Under the pieces are notes generated by a model, which did not search any database, was not told the DNA's origin, and worked only from the letters and a program-made list of their open reading frames with translations. A stretch of 64,000 bases of DNA from Escherichia phage UE-S1: sequence record ON568341.1; one strand, written 5' to 3'. Positions 33,146 to 41,953 of the stretch are shown here, piece after piece (within the stretch, counting starts at the first letter, position 1; each line of letters opens with the position of its first letter). A program made the position numbers and the translations under genes.

Positions 33146-33517
33146 ATGAATATAGATTTGAAAGGTGCAACCCGAACTGTTATTCTCATTGGGGAATACG
33201 CTATCAAGATTCCAACTTTCAAAAGCTGGAAGTTATTCTTAACGGGAATGATAGCTAACCTAAATGAACGTTCGTGGATGCAGTACTCCAATCGTAGTGA
33301 CAGTAGTATCTGTCCTACGTTGTGGTCATCATGTACTGGACTAGTAACTGTACAGAAACGTTGTAAGCCAATACATCATAGGGGTTTATTTTGGGTGGAG
33401 TTGTGTGCTTTAGCATTGAATTCAGAGTTAAGTGCTGACTTCTTCTATTCAGATGCGAAGCCAGAAAACTTTGGGTATCTGGGTGGTAAGTTAGTTAAAC
33501 TTGATTATGGAGATTAA
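33146..33517 (+). CDS. hypothetical protein (123 aa)
   Basis: Track ORF. Confidence 0.5.
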   Translation: MNIDLKGATRTVILIGEYAIKIPTFKSWKLFLTGMIANLNERSWMQYSNRSDSSICPTLWSSCTGLVTVQKRCKPIHHRGLFWVELCALALNSELSADFFYSDAKPENFGYLGGKLVKLDYGD

Positions 33518-33518
33518 T

Positions 33519-33788
33519 ATGTACGCACTGTATAATAAAGAAAAGAAACAATTTGCTAAGGTTGAAATTTCGATTGATACATTTGATATGTTGGAGTACT
33601 GTATTGTAACGGACCCATATGCTAATTTGTATTACGTTCATGATGACACATCAGTACTGCAACGATTGCTTGAGAGTTCAAAAAGTCAATGTCAGGGAAT
33701 CCATGATGGTTCATCCTATGAAACTCCTGAGTGTTCATATGGCTGTCTGGATGGATATGAGATTGTTAAGTTGGGGATCGTTGAATAA
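33519..33788 (+). CDS. hypothetical protein
   Basis: Track ORF 33501 trimmed to ATG after GGAGA. Confidence 0.45.
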   Translation: MYALYNKEKKQFAKVEISIDTFDMLEYCIVTDPYANLYYVHDDTSVLQRLLESSKSQCQGIHDGSSYETPECSYGCLDGYEIVKLGIVE

Positions 33789-33794
33789 AGAAAA

Positions 33795-33827
33795 GGGTTG
33801 ACTTTGGTCAGCCCTTTTTGTTATAAT
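33795..33827 (+). terminator. intrinsic terminator overlapping promoter-like hexamers
   Basis: GGGTTGAC-TTTG-GTCAGCCC plus T5; TTGACT and TATAAT 18 nt apart. Confidence 0.65.
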
Positions 33828-33855
33828 TTTTTCATCGAAACGTGAGGATGAATAC

Positions 33856-34371
33856 ATGACACGCATTAACTTAGTACACGTTAAAGAACTTGCAGACCAA
33901 CATCTGATGGCTGAATATCGTGAACTACCACGTGTATTTGGTGCTGTACGAAAACACGTTCACGCACGTAAGCGTGTACGTGATTTCAAAATTAACAGTA
34001 CTTATCTGTTAGGTTCAGGTCATGTGACCTTCTTTTACGACAAGTTGCTGTACTTACAGAAGCGTCATATCGATATTGTCAACGAATGTTTGCGTCGTGG
34101 GATGAAGATTCAAAATACTGAAGTAAACGACATTAGCAGCTTCCCTGCTGAGTTTTGTAATGACTATGTACCATCGGAGTCAGAGATTAAAATGTCTCGT
34201 GATCGTTTGATTGAGAAGCTCCAGATGAAGCCTACGTGGTATAAGTTTACTGACGTTGAACGTCCACAGTACGTTAAAGATATTCAGGACGTAAGTAGTA
34301 ATATAGAATCTAGTACGGATATGTTAGACGAAATTGAAGAACAAATCAAAAATGAAATGAATAATTATTAA
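33856..34371 (+). CDS. denV: pyrimidine-dimer DNA glycosylase / AP lyase (T4 endonuclease V homologue)
   Basis: N-terminus MTRINL...[33 protein letters not shown]...[10 protein letters not shown] matches recalled T4 DenV, including catalytic Thr2 and Glu23; ~30-residue C-terminal extension. Confidence 0.85.
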   Translation: MTRINLVHVKELADQHLMAEYRELPRVFGAVRKHVHARKRVRDFKINSTYLLGSGHVTFFYDKLLYLQKRHIDIVNECLRRGMKIQNTEVNDISSFPAEFCNDYVPSESEIKMSRDRLIEKLQMKPTWYKFTDVERPQYVKDIQDVSSNIESSTDMLDEIEEQIKNEMNNY

Positions 34372-34409
34372 AGGAAAGGATTGACTTCGGTCACATAAAG
34401 GAACATAAC

Positions 34410-34604
34410 ATGTTATTAGTATATTCAAAGCGTTTCTGGATTTCTTTTATTGTACTATCGCTAATCGGCTTCGGTGTGAGTATGCTCTTTTCGTGGAATG
34501 AATTGGGCACATGGTATTATGAAGTCCCGTGGTACATGAAGATAGCTCCTTGTTACGCGGCTTTGTTCGTATCATTCCTTATTGTTGTCTTCAGCGAGGA
34601 TTAG
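34410..34604 (+). CDS. small membrane protein (64 aa)
   Basis: Two hydrophobic helices. Confidence 0.45.
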   Translation: MLLVYSKRFWISFIVLSLIGFGVSMLFSWNELGTWYYEVPWYMKIAPCYAALFVSFLIVVFSED

Positions 34605-34711
34605 TTGATGTAGTATGTTCTACATCAAAAGTATTTGGATATTTGAGATATAAACATTGACACATGTTCTATCTTTCTGTATTATGTACATCACCAAATG
34701 AGGAATACAAC

Positions 34712-35071
34712 ATGGCATCTTTAAGTGAAATCGCGGAATACAATCCACTAACAATCTCAACAATTCAACGTACAAAAACTTTTTATTTCCGTCCTGTTGA
34801 TGGATGGAAACGTGGAATGAATAGTGACTATCGAGTACTGGAAGATTCACTCATCGAGCGTATCAACTCTGAACTACAGAAGTATGAAGGTGTTAAAGTT
34901 GTACGTTCAACTTCTCGTTATTTTGAGTACTATATTGAGTCTTTAACAGTAAATGAAAACTCATCATCATCTGTGGATAACACTGATATTCTTCGTAATG
35001 CAGTTGGTCTGTTATGCAACATTGCAGAAGAAATGGGATTAACTATCACAACAATGAGTGAAATAGAATAA
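34712..35071 (+). CDS. hypothetical protein
   Basis: Track ORF 34664 trimmed to ATG after GAGGAA. Confidence 0.45.
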   Translation: MASLSEIAEYNPLTISTIQRTKTFYFRPVDGWKRGMNSDYRVLEDSLIERINSELQKYEGVKVVRSTSRYFEYYIESLTVNENSSSSVDNTDILRNAVGLLCNIAEEMGLTITTMSEIE

Positions 35072-35078
35072 CAAAAAA

Positions 35079-35103
35079 GGGTTGACTTTAGTCAGCCCTT
35101 TTT
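35079..35103 (+). terminator. intrinsic terminator (composite with downstream CTATAAT)
   Basis: GGGTTGAC-TTTA-GTCAGCCC plus T5. Confidence 0.65.
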
Positions 35104-35139
35104 GCTATAATCATTTCATCAACTGATGAGGATAACGAA

Positions 35140-35913
35140 ATGAACCGTACAGAGAAAGCACTCCAAATTGAAAAGAACTTCAACTCCATGATGGCAGCAC
35201 TGGAATGTCTTCTTGATACACAAACTAACTCGATCAACTCGCTGATCGTTTCTGGTAAAGGTGGTGTTGGTAAAACTTACAATGTTGACCAACGGTTACA
35301 GAAAGCTGATGACAACTTTGAAATCGACTACAAGAAAATCAGTGGTAAAGTAACTACTGTAGGTCTGTACGAAGCACTGTATCGTTCACGTCATGCTGCT
35401 TCAGTACTGTTACTTGACGACGTTGATATCTTCTCTGATGAAACGAATATTGATTTGCTTAAAGCTGTATTGGATACTTCTGAGAAGCGTGTAGTGTCTT
35501 ATGCTACATCTGCGAAGTACCTGGAACAGCAGGGTATCCCTAAACAGTTTGAATTCCGTGGTAAAGTAATCTTTCTGACTAACAAAAATCTGTCACAGAT
35601 TGCTAAAGGTAAAAGCAGTTTAGCACCACACATTGATGCACTGATTACTCGTAGTATCTTTGTTGACCTGCAACTGTTCACCAACGAAGAAGTTATGATT
35701 CACATTGAGAATATCATGAACAAAACTAACATCCTTGAGAACAATGGTGTTAACAAAAATGGTTGTAAAGCAATTTTGAACTGGATGTTGAGTAATGAAG
35801 ATCGTCTGCGTTCACCTTCACTGCGTATGCCAGTACTGATCGCTGGACTGTATAATAAATTCCCATATGATTGGGAGTCAATGGCAGAGAATATGTTCCT
35901 TGAGAAAATTTAA
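35140..35913 (+). CDS. P-loop NTPase (Walker A and B motifs)
   Basis: SGKGGVGKTY Walker A and LLLDDVD Walker B. Confidence 0.55.
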   Translation: MNRTEKALQIEKNFNSMMAALECLLDTQTNSINSLIVSGKGGVGKTYNVDQRLQKADDNFEIDYKKISGKVTTVGLYEALYRSRHAASVLLLDDVDIFSDETNIDLLKAVLDTSEKRVVSYATSAKYLEQQGIPKQFEFRGKVIFLTNKNLSQIAKGKSSLAPHIDALITRSIFVDLQLFTNEEVMIHIENIMNKTNILENNGVNKNGCKAILNWMLSNEDRLRSPSLRMPVLIAGLYNKFPYDWESMAENMFLEKI

Positions 35914-35966
35914 TTTCCATATTGACAGTACTAACAATGTGTAGTATTATACACTGGAGACACCTG

Positions 35967-36308
35967 ATGCGTATATTTTTTGAATCTAATATAATGCTTG
36001 GTATTACACTGATATACATGTTTGTATTCTTGTTTTATCATTCAATTGTAATTAGTCTTTGGTATTTTAAAAGGAAAATGGTTTTTAAATTATATTCGTA
36101 TGATAATGTATTCTTAGTTGTATATAGTATCATACAAGGTGGATTTGTTCTATTTGGTGTTATGACGTATGTGATTTATAGATTACAAATTGATAACACA
36201 CCATACATTACACAGTATGTTGTGTTCACAGGACTAATCGTATGGTTGTTGGTGTGTATCATGTATTTCATAATTAAAGCTCGTGATAGAATTAAAGGGG
36301 AGTTCTAA
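35967..36308 (+). CDS. small membrane protein, paralogue family B (1 of 8)
   Basis: Track ORF trimmed to ATG after GGAGA; tail ARDRIKGEF. Confidence 0.5.
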   Translation: MRIFFESNIMLGITLIYMFVFLFYHSIVISLWYFKRKMVFKLYSYDNVFLVVYSIIQGGFVLFGVMTYVIYRLQIDNTPYITQYVVFTGLIVWLLVCIMYFIIKARDRIKGEF

Positions 36309-36646
36309 TGTTAGAATTTTTTAAATCAGATGTGATGCTTAGTATTACATTGATTTATATGTTTGGGTTTTTATTTTATCATATACTAGTTGTAGTTCTA
36401 TGGTATTTTAAAAAGAAAATAGTTTTCAAACTGTATCCACCTAGTAATATTTTATTGTTTCTTTACACACTTATTCAAGGTATGTTTGTGATTGTTGGTG
36501 TTATCACTCACTTAATTTATTGTACTAATCCACATTTAAACTCGATAACACAATATGTTGTTTTCTTTGGGTTGTTCATTTGGTTAGTTGTATACTTAAT
36601 CCATCTCATTATTCATGGTAGAGATAAAATTCGCGGAGACTTCTAA
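36308..36646 (+). CDS. small membrane protein, paralogue family B (2 of 8)
   Basis: Highly similar to previous (ITLIYMFxFLFYH...WYFKRK); tail GRDKIRGDF; TAATG coupling. Confidence 0.55.
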   Translation: MLEFFKSDVMLSITLIYMFGFLFYHILVVVLWYFKKKIVFKLYPPSNILLFLYTLIQGMFVIVGVITHLIYCTNPHLNSITQYVVFFGLFIWLVVYLIHLIIHGRDKIRGDF

Positions 36647-36993
36647 TGTTTGAAGCTTATCTTGAGTTTTTAAGGAGTAGTCCAGTTGCACATTCACTTG
36701 CAGGGATTATTCTAACAACTTATGTAACATTTTGGGTAGTTATGTTTATAGGATGGTATTTTAAACGACAATTCTATAAACGTAATGTTGAAGATTTTAT
36801 GAATTCTGCAATTAATCAATCGTTGTTTGCATCAACATTTATTGCATGTATTGTAGCAACACTCACAGGAAAGGTACTACCAGCTTTTTCCGCAGTTTAC
36901 GGTACACTTGGGATGATATGTTTAACTTTTATATTGACCATTAAAATTTGTTGTGTTATGATTGAACTTCGAAACAAGATACCGGAGGAATGA
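36646..36993 (+). CDS. small membrane protein, paralogue family B (3 of 8)
   Basis: Hydrophobic helices, WYFKRQ motif, tail LRNKIPEE. Confidence 0.55.
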   Translation: MFEAYLEFLRSSPVAHSLAGIILTTYVTFWVVMFIGWYFKRQFYKRNVEDFMNSAINQSLFASTFIACIVATLTGKVLPAFSAVYGTLGMICLTFILTIKICCVMIELRNKIPEE

Positions 36994-37328
36994 TGGAGTA
37001 CTTTATTGATTTACTACCGTGGTATATGAAAGTTAGTACTTTGTACTATATTATTAGTGCTGGATTCTATTTCCTGATGTGGTTCTTTAAACGACCAATT
37101 TCAGTATTCATCTCTGACAACCTACTGCAATTAAAATTACACGCATGGTTTGGTATGTCCATGATTATGCCAATTATTCATTACTCGATGATTAGTAATG
37201 GTTTTCGTTCTAGTGGTGAGCCAGTTGTAATTGTATTTTATTGGGGTTCAACTATAGTATATGTCGGTTTTCTATTGTTCCCGATCATTCATAAATTACG
37301 TGCTAAAGTTCCTGATGCGAGGTACTAA
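36990..37328 (+). CDS. small membrane protein, paralogue family B (4 of 8)
   Basis: WFFKRP motif, tail LRAKVPDARY. Confidence 0.55.
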   Translation: MMEYFIDLLPWYMKVSTLYYIISAGFYFLMWFFKRPISVFISDNLLQLKLHAWFGMSMIMPIIHYSMISNGFRSSGEPVVIVFYWGSTIVYVGFLLFPIIHKLRAKVPDARY

Positions 37329-37642
37329 TGGATATAGTAACATTGATTTACACGTTGTATTCATTCTATTTTATTATGTGTTGGGTTGGATTTGTATTTG
37401 TACTCAAGATGTTTGATTATGTTGAAAGACAGATAAAAGATTTTTGTATTCCTTTTATCGGTTCAACCATTATTAGTGTTTCTTGTGTGTATTTTTTGGT
37501 GTTTGATCCACCAGATAACACTGCGATGATTGACTTCATGTTACTACCAACCACTATTATTTTTTTATGTAGTCTGATGCCACCTATTAGTCGTGGATTG
37601 ACTGAATTTAGACGCAAACAAAAGCGTAAAAGAGGGATGTAA
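37328..37642 (+). CDS. small membrane protein, paralogue family B (5 of 8)
   Basis: Hydrophobic; basic tail RRKQKRKRGM. Confidence 0.5.
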   Translation: MDIVTLIYTLYSFYFIMCWVGFVFVLKMFDYVERQIKDFCIPFIGSTIISVSCVYFLVFDPPDNTAMIDFMLLPTTIIFLCSLMPPISRGLTEFRRKQKRKRGM

Positions 37643-38010
37643 TGGAAATTGCTCTTATTATCTTAACTGCTATGCTGTTTATTAGTACTGTGGTTATAAT
37701 TGGTAAATTCTTTTGTGTATCATTTTTAGAAACGGTATACGATGAAATTGCTGATGATTATGAATTACAAGCCGGATTTTTTATTACGTATTGGCTTAGT
37801 TTATTTTGTCTAGTCATTGCTTGGATTTTGCATATCTTTAAATGGGGTATGGTAGATGGTGATCCTGTCATGGGAATTATTGTTCTAGTGTTTGGTATCC
37901 TTGGTGGTGCAGTGCATAATCTGATGGTTATCTGGCAAACTGTTCAATATGTTTTGGTTCCCTATTTTGAAAAGATGCACAGTACAATTAAAAAACGTAA
38001 ACGAGGTTAG
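37642..38010 (+). CDS. small membrane protein, paralogue family B (6 of 8)
   Basis: Hydrophobic; basic tail IKKRKRG. Confidence 0.5.
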   Translation: MEIALIILTAMLFISTVVIIGKFFCVSFLETVYDEIADDYELQAGFFITYWLSLFCLVIAWILHIFKWGMVDGDPVMGIIVLVFGILGGAVHNLMVIWQTVQYVLVPYFEKMHSTIKKRKRG

Positions 38011-38011
38011 T

Positions 38012-38374
38012 ATGAACGGGATAGAATTATCTTTCATTGGTCAATTACTAGTAATGGTGAATACTTTCATTTTCTCATTTATTGCATTGATGTGCATTGG
38101 AAAGTATTTCCACAAACGACCATTATCAAATTTATATGATGTAATAAAAAAGAAATATAGTCCAGCACACACTGTACTTATTAGTAGTTTCAATTTTGGG
38201 TTTGTTGTATTAATAATTGGATTGTTAACATCAACGTCGAATGTACTAATCTTCGGTCTTATGATTTGTTCATTGGTATTAGCAGCAATTATATGTTGTT
38301 TAGTACTGCACCTTGTAGTACTATTATATATAAAGCTCGTTGAAATCCATCAACGTTTAGGGATGAGGAAATAA
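38012..38374 (+). CDS. small membrane protein, paralogue family B (7 of 8)
   Basis: Track ORF 37949 trimmed to ATG after GAGG. Confidence 0.5.
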   Translation: MNGIELSFIGQLLVMVNTFIFSFIALMCIGKYFHKRPLSNLYDVIKKKYSPAHTVLISSFNFGFVVLIIGLLTSTSNVLIFGLMICSLVLAAIICCLVLHLVVLLYIKLVEIHQRLGMRK

Positions 38375-38375
38375 T

Positions 38376-38747
38376 ATGAGTTACCGTGAGATATTTTCCA
38401 TTATTTCAATTATTATGTTCAGTACTGGAACATTGGTGTGGGTATTATATTTTTTCTGTGTAGCACCAGTGTATAATATGTTATGTAATATTAAATCAAG
38501 TGCTGGATATATTACTTTTATGGTCTTTATGGGATATTATTGTCTAAGCATTTTAGGTGTTGTTTTGGTTGTTATATTAGATGTTGGACCGAATAGGGAT
38601 GGTCTGAAAATGTATGAGTTATTAACTATGTTTGGGTGTATGATACCAACAGCACTAATGTTTGTAGCTATTGGTGGTGGATGCATAAAGTTATACAATT
38701 ATTTAAAATCTATTCATCATTCCATTCACAATAAGCGTATGTCATAA
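38376..38747 (+). CDS. small membrane protein, paralogue family B (8 of 8)
   Basis: Hydrophobic helices; tail HNKRMS. Confidence 0.5.
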   Translation: MSYREIFSIISIIMFSTGTLVWVLYFFCVAPVYNMLCNIKSSAGYITFMVFMGYYCLSILGVVLVVILDVGPNRDGLKMYELLTMFGCMIPTALMFVAIGGGCIKLYNYLKSIHHSIHNKRMS

Positions 38748-38788
38748 TAAAAATCCAGTACTGAATAGTACTGGACTAATAAGGAGTT

Positions 38789-39439
38789 ATGATGAAATCA
38801 AAATTAGGTTTGTTTTATGGAAACTACTTCATTAAACAGCGTAAATTCATAAAAAAATACTTCTCTACAGAGAAATCTAGTCCTCTAATTTTTAAAAGAC
38901 CAAAATATAATTTTTACTTAGCTGGTGCTAAACAGTCTAAGAAATTCATTACATTTTTAAATAAAAACAAAATTAAAGCTTCTTATGTTGAAACCAGAAA
39001 GAACTCATCAATAATTCCTGGTGATTTTATTGAATACGGATGTTTCAATATTAAGCACAATGATAACACATACTTTATGGATATTGATTGTAATACATCA
39101 AATCTTTTTAACATTGTAATAAATCCATCAAAACAATATAATGTTTATGGTGATTCAATTATCAAATTAATAAGAAACAAAGATTGGTTTGATTTTGAAA
39201 TAAATGTTTTAGATGAAAACTTTGATGAAGTTCCAGTTAATCCTGAAATATGTGATATATTAAACAGTTTAAAAGGTAGTAGCTACAATATACCATCTGA
39301 TTTAATGTTCCAGTACTCATTAATCCATAAAGATATTGAACAGTACATTATGTGTGCTAAAATCTTGAATTATCTGTATGATGAATTTAAAATGAGTTCT
39401 AAAATAACAGCATATACTCTTTATAATATTTCTATATAA
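38789..39439 (+). CDS. hypothetical protein (216 aa)
   Basis: Track ORF, AAGGAG RBS. Confidence 0.55.
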   Translation: MMKSKLGLFYGNYFIKQRKFIKKYFSTEKSSPLIFKRPKYNFYLAGAKQSKKFITFLNKNKIKASYVETRKNSSIIPGDFIEYGCFNIKHNDNTYFMDIDCNTSNLFNIVINPSKQYNVYGDSIIKLIRNKDWFDFEINVLDENFDEVPVNPEICDILNSLKGSSYNIPSDLMFQYSLIHKDIEQYIMCAKILNYLYDEFKMSSKITAYTLYNISI

Positions 39440-39450
39440 TTTAAAATATT

Positions 39451-39476
39451 AAAGCCAGCACAAGAGCACTGGCTTT
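39451..39476. terminator. bidirectional terminator hairpin between convergent genes
   Basis: AAAGCCAG-loop-CTGGCTTT with flanking A/T runs. Confidence 0.55.
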
Positions 39477-39480
39477 AATA

Positions 39481-40626
39481 TTATTTTTTCCAAGGAAGTA
39501 ACGAAGTTGGAATCTTGATAGGTATATTTGATGCAGCAACATCAGGAAAATTTGCATCTCCACAAACATACAAATTATCGATTTCGTCAATCAATAATGT
39601 ATAGTTGTAACTTCTACAAAAACCGCTTAAGCCTCTTCCCTCTAATGCAGATAAATTCATTTCAGTGAATTGAGTTATATATGTTTCATTTGAACCAACA
39701 CCACATTGACCATTAGCATTTATACCACAAGTAAGCAATTTATTATTGTTTTGAATTACACATGATGGTCCAGCAAGGTTCGTACCTAGTTCACCTACAA
39801 CATTAACTTCACCTTTTAATGATAAATTTTGGATCACTGTACTCATAGGGACACGCGATGTATTTCCAACACCTGCTTGTCCTGAGCCATTAGTGGATGC
39901 AACTTTAACAGTACCGTCATTAAGAAAAATATAAGATGTTTCGATGGTATTAACTGCTTGTGTAGCTGTTGTTATTGTCGTATCCTGCTTGAATTTAAGT
40001 ACATTTGTTGTTGTTGAACCAGATATAAATGTAGCACCTGCGTACCAATAGGTTCCATCTTGAAGTACTAAACCAGTACTTCTAATTGAACACCCTGCAC
40101 TGCGAACATTTTCTATATGACTATATGTAAAGGTTGATACGATTGAAGATTCACCATTACCGAACACCCCACCAGTACCTGCACCACAGAAAAACCATTT
40201 ACCGTTTTTCAAAAATACACGCATACAAGCAGAAATAACCACACTATCAATATCACTTGCAGCTACACCAAAATCGGTAAAGAAATGAGTTATATCAATC
40301 CAATTACCACCAGTATTTGATGGGAGATGGGGAATTACAACTCTAGTCCCTGTGTACCAGATTGTATCATCATCTTTAATAACAAGAGTACCTTGAACAC
40401 CACCCCAATACCTTGTTACATTTGTATTAACAAGCCTCCACTCAGTAGATGATTCAGTGGAGCCATTACCACCTTGACCATAAGATGATGAGCCGTGCCA
40501 GTATAAATTTCCATTTTTATCTAAATAAAATTTTGCATCAGCCGAACATTGCAATCTGTATTTGAATACGGTTTTTGGTGCTGGTGCAATATTTGCATAT
40601 TTTAGCATTCTACCAAAAGGTAACAT
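39481..40626 (-). CDS. RCC1-like beta-propeller protein with conserved MLPFGRM N-terminus (array member 9, most downstream)
   Basis: N-terminus MLPFGRMLKYANIAP; repeats such as GSSSYGQGGNG, CGAGTGGVFGNG, CGINANGQCGVG. Confidence 0.7.
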   Translation of the reverse strand: MLPFGRMLKYANIAPAPKTVFKYRLQCSADAKFYLDKNGNLYWHGSSSYGQGGNGSTESSTEWRLVNTNVTRYWGGVQGTLVIKDDDTIWYTGTRVVIPHLPSNTGGNWIDITHFFTDFGVAASDIDSVVISACMRVFLKNGKWFFCGAGTGGVFGNGESSIVSTFTYSHIENVRSAGCSIRSTGLVLQDGTYWYAGATFISGSTTTNVLKFKQDTTITTATQAVNTIETSYIFLNDGTVKVASTNGSGQAGVGNTSRVPMSTVIQNLSLKGEVNVVGELGTNLAGPSCVIQNNNKLLTCGINANGQCGVGSNETYITQFTEMNLSALEGRGLSGFCRSYNYTLLIDEIDNLYVCGDANFPDVAASNIPIKIPTSLLPWKK

Positions 40627-40665
40627 AATTTTTCTCCTTCATTCATTATACTGTATTTAATCCAA

Positions 40666-40693
40666 TTAAGAAAAGCTAGTATCAAGTACTGGC
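40666..40693 (-). terminator. inter-cassette hairpin plus T-run
   Basis: GCTAGTA-TCAAG-TACTGGC with T-rich tract on minus strand. Confidence 0.5.
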
Positions 40694-40704
40694 ATTTAAA
40701 AGAA

Positions 40705-41880
40705 TCAAATTGTCGGAAGTGGGAATTCTTTCATCACCGATGAACTGTTTGCTGCAATATTATCAGGAGATTTACCAGCGTAGTATAATTTATTATTAAT
40801 AAACATATATAGCGTTGCATCGTTCCCTGCTACAAGAGAATTACTTTTCTTAAAAATAACCCCTGGGGGTAAAATAGCTTCAACAAATGAACCTGATTCT
40901 CGTGTTGAATTGTTTGCCAATTGACCATTATTATTATAACCAGTACTATAAATTTTACCTGAACTATAATACACAAGACCACGTGTACTAATGTTTTCTA
41001 TACGAATGAATTCACTATCGTCCGGTACTGTAGTTGATAGAACTGGGTATAACTTATAAGCTGATGTTACATTATTATTACCCAATTGACCATAACCTTG
41101 AAAGCCTAGTGCATACATAGGACATGATTCTGGTGTACCTTTTGTTATAATACCAATATAATTCGAACTACAAAAAATATCCACTGCTTCTACAACATTT
41201 GTACCCTTATATTGAACCCAAGGAAATACATATGATTGTTGTTTGCCATTACCCAAAACACCGGAAGTTGTTGTACCTGTACGCCACATTGTATCATCAA
41301 GTTTAATAATCCAGTTAGCAGTTGTTATAGTTGAACAGAATTTTTTAACATTATCAACCAAGTATGTAAATTTATTATAATATGATGCAGTGTTTATTCC
41401 AAATTTAGCACCAGTATTGTCACCTAACAAATATAAACTATTATCTGTACCTAAAATCAAAACATAATCATGACCCACGTATATCTTTTTGATTTTTGAA
41501 ATACCAAATTGTGTAAAATAGCTGGTACATTCAGTGAATATTGTTACATGATTTGATGTATTATTACCTAGCCATTTATCTAAACCACTATAAAAGAACC
41601 TATCATCATTTGTGCGTATTAGACAAAAAGAATTATTTGTACTGCACCAGAAATCTTTGACATTACTATATATTTTTGTCCATTCAGTTACTTGATTAGT
41701 ATGACCTAAACCAAAAATTCCACCATTTTGTAGTCCCATAGCCCATATTGAACCATTTTTATCAAGAAGCATTGTGCATGTAAATGAATACCCACACGCT
41801 GGAGTAACTAATTTAACAAAATTGGGAATATATGGTAAAACTTTATTCCCATAATTCACCATTCTTCCAAAAGGTAACAT
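40705..41880 (-). CDS. RCC1-like beta-propeller protein with conserved MLPFGRM N-terminus (array member 8)
   Basis: MLPFGRMVNYGN; repeats GYGQLGNNN, NNNGQLANNS. Confidence 0.7.
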   Translation of the reverse strand: MLPFGRMVNYGNKVLPYIPNFVKLVTPACGYSFTCTMLLDKNGSIWAMGLQNGGIFGLGHTNQVTEWTKIYSNVKDFWCSTNNSFCLIRTNDDRFFYSGLDKWLGNNTSNHVTIFTECTSYFTQFGISKIKKIYVGHDYVLILGTDNSLYLLGDNTGAKFGINTASYYNKFTYLVDNVKKFCSTITTANWIIKLDDTMWRTGTTTSGVLGNGKQQSYVFPWVQYKGTNVVEAVDIFCSSNYIGIITKGTPESCPMYALGFQGYGQLGNNNVTSAYKLYPVLSTTVPDDSEFIRIENISTRGLVYYSSGKIYSTGYNNNGQLANNSTRESGSFVEAILPPGVIFKKSNSLVAGNDATLYMFINNKLYYAGKSPDNIAANSSSVMKEFPLPTI

Positions 41881-41916
41881 ATTCTCTCCTTATTCATTAT
41901 AATATATATTTAATAC

Positions 41917-41948
41917 AAATAATAATGCCAGTACTCAAATACTGGCAT
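41917..41948 (-). terminator. inter-cassette hairpin plus T-run
   Basis: ATGCCAGTA-CTCAA-ATACTGGCAT. Confidence 0.5.
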
Positions 41949-41953
41949 TATTA

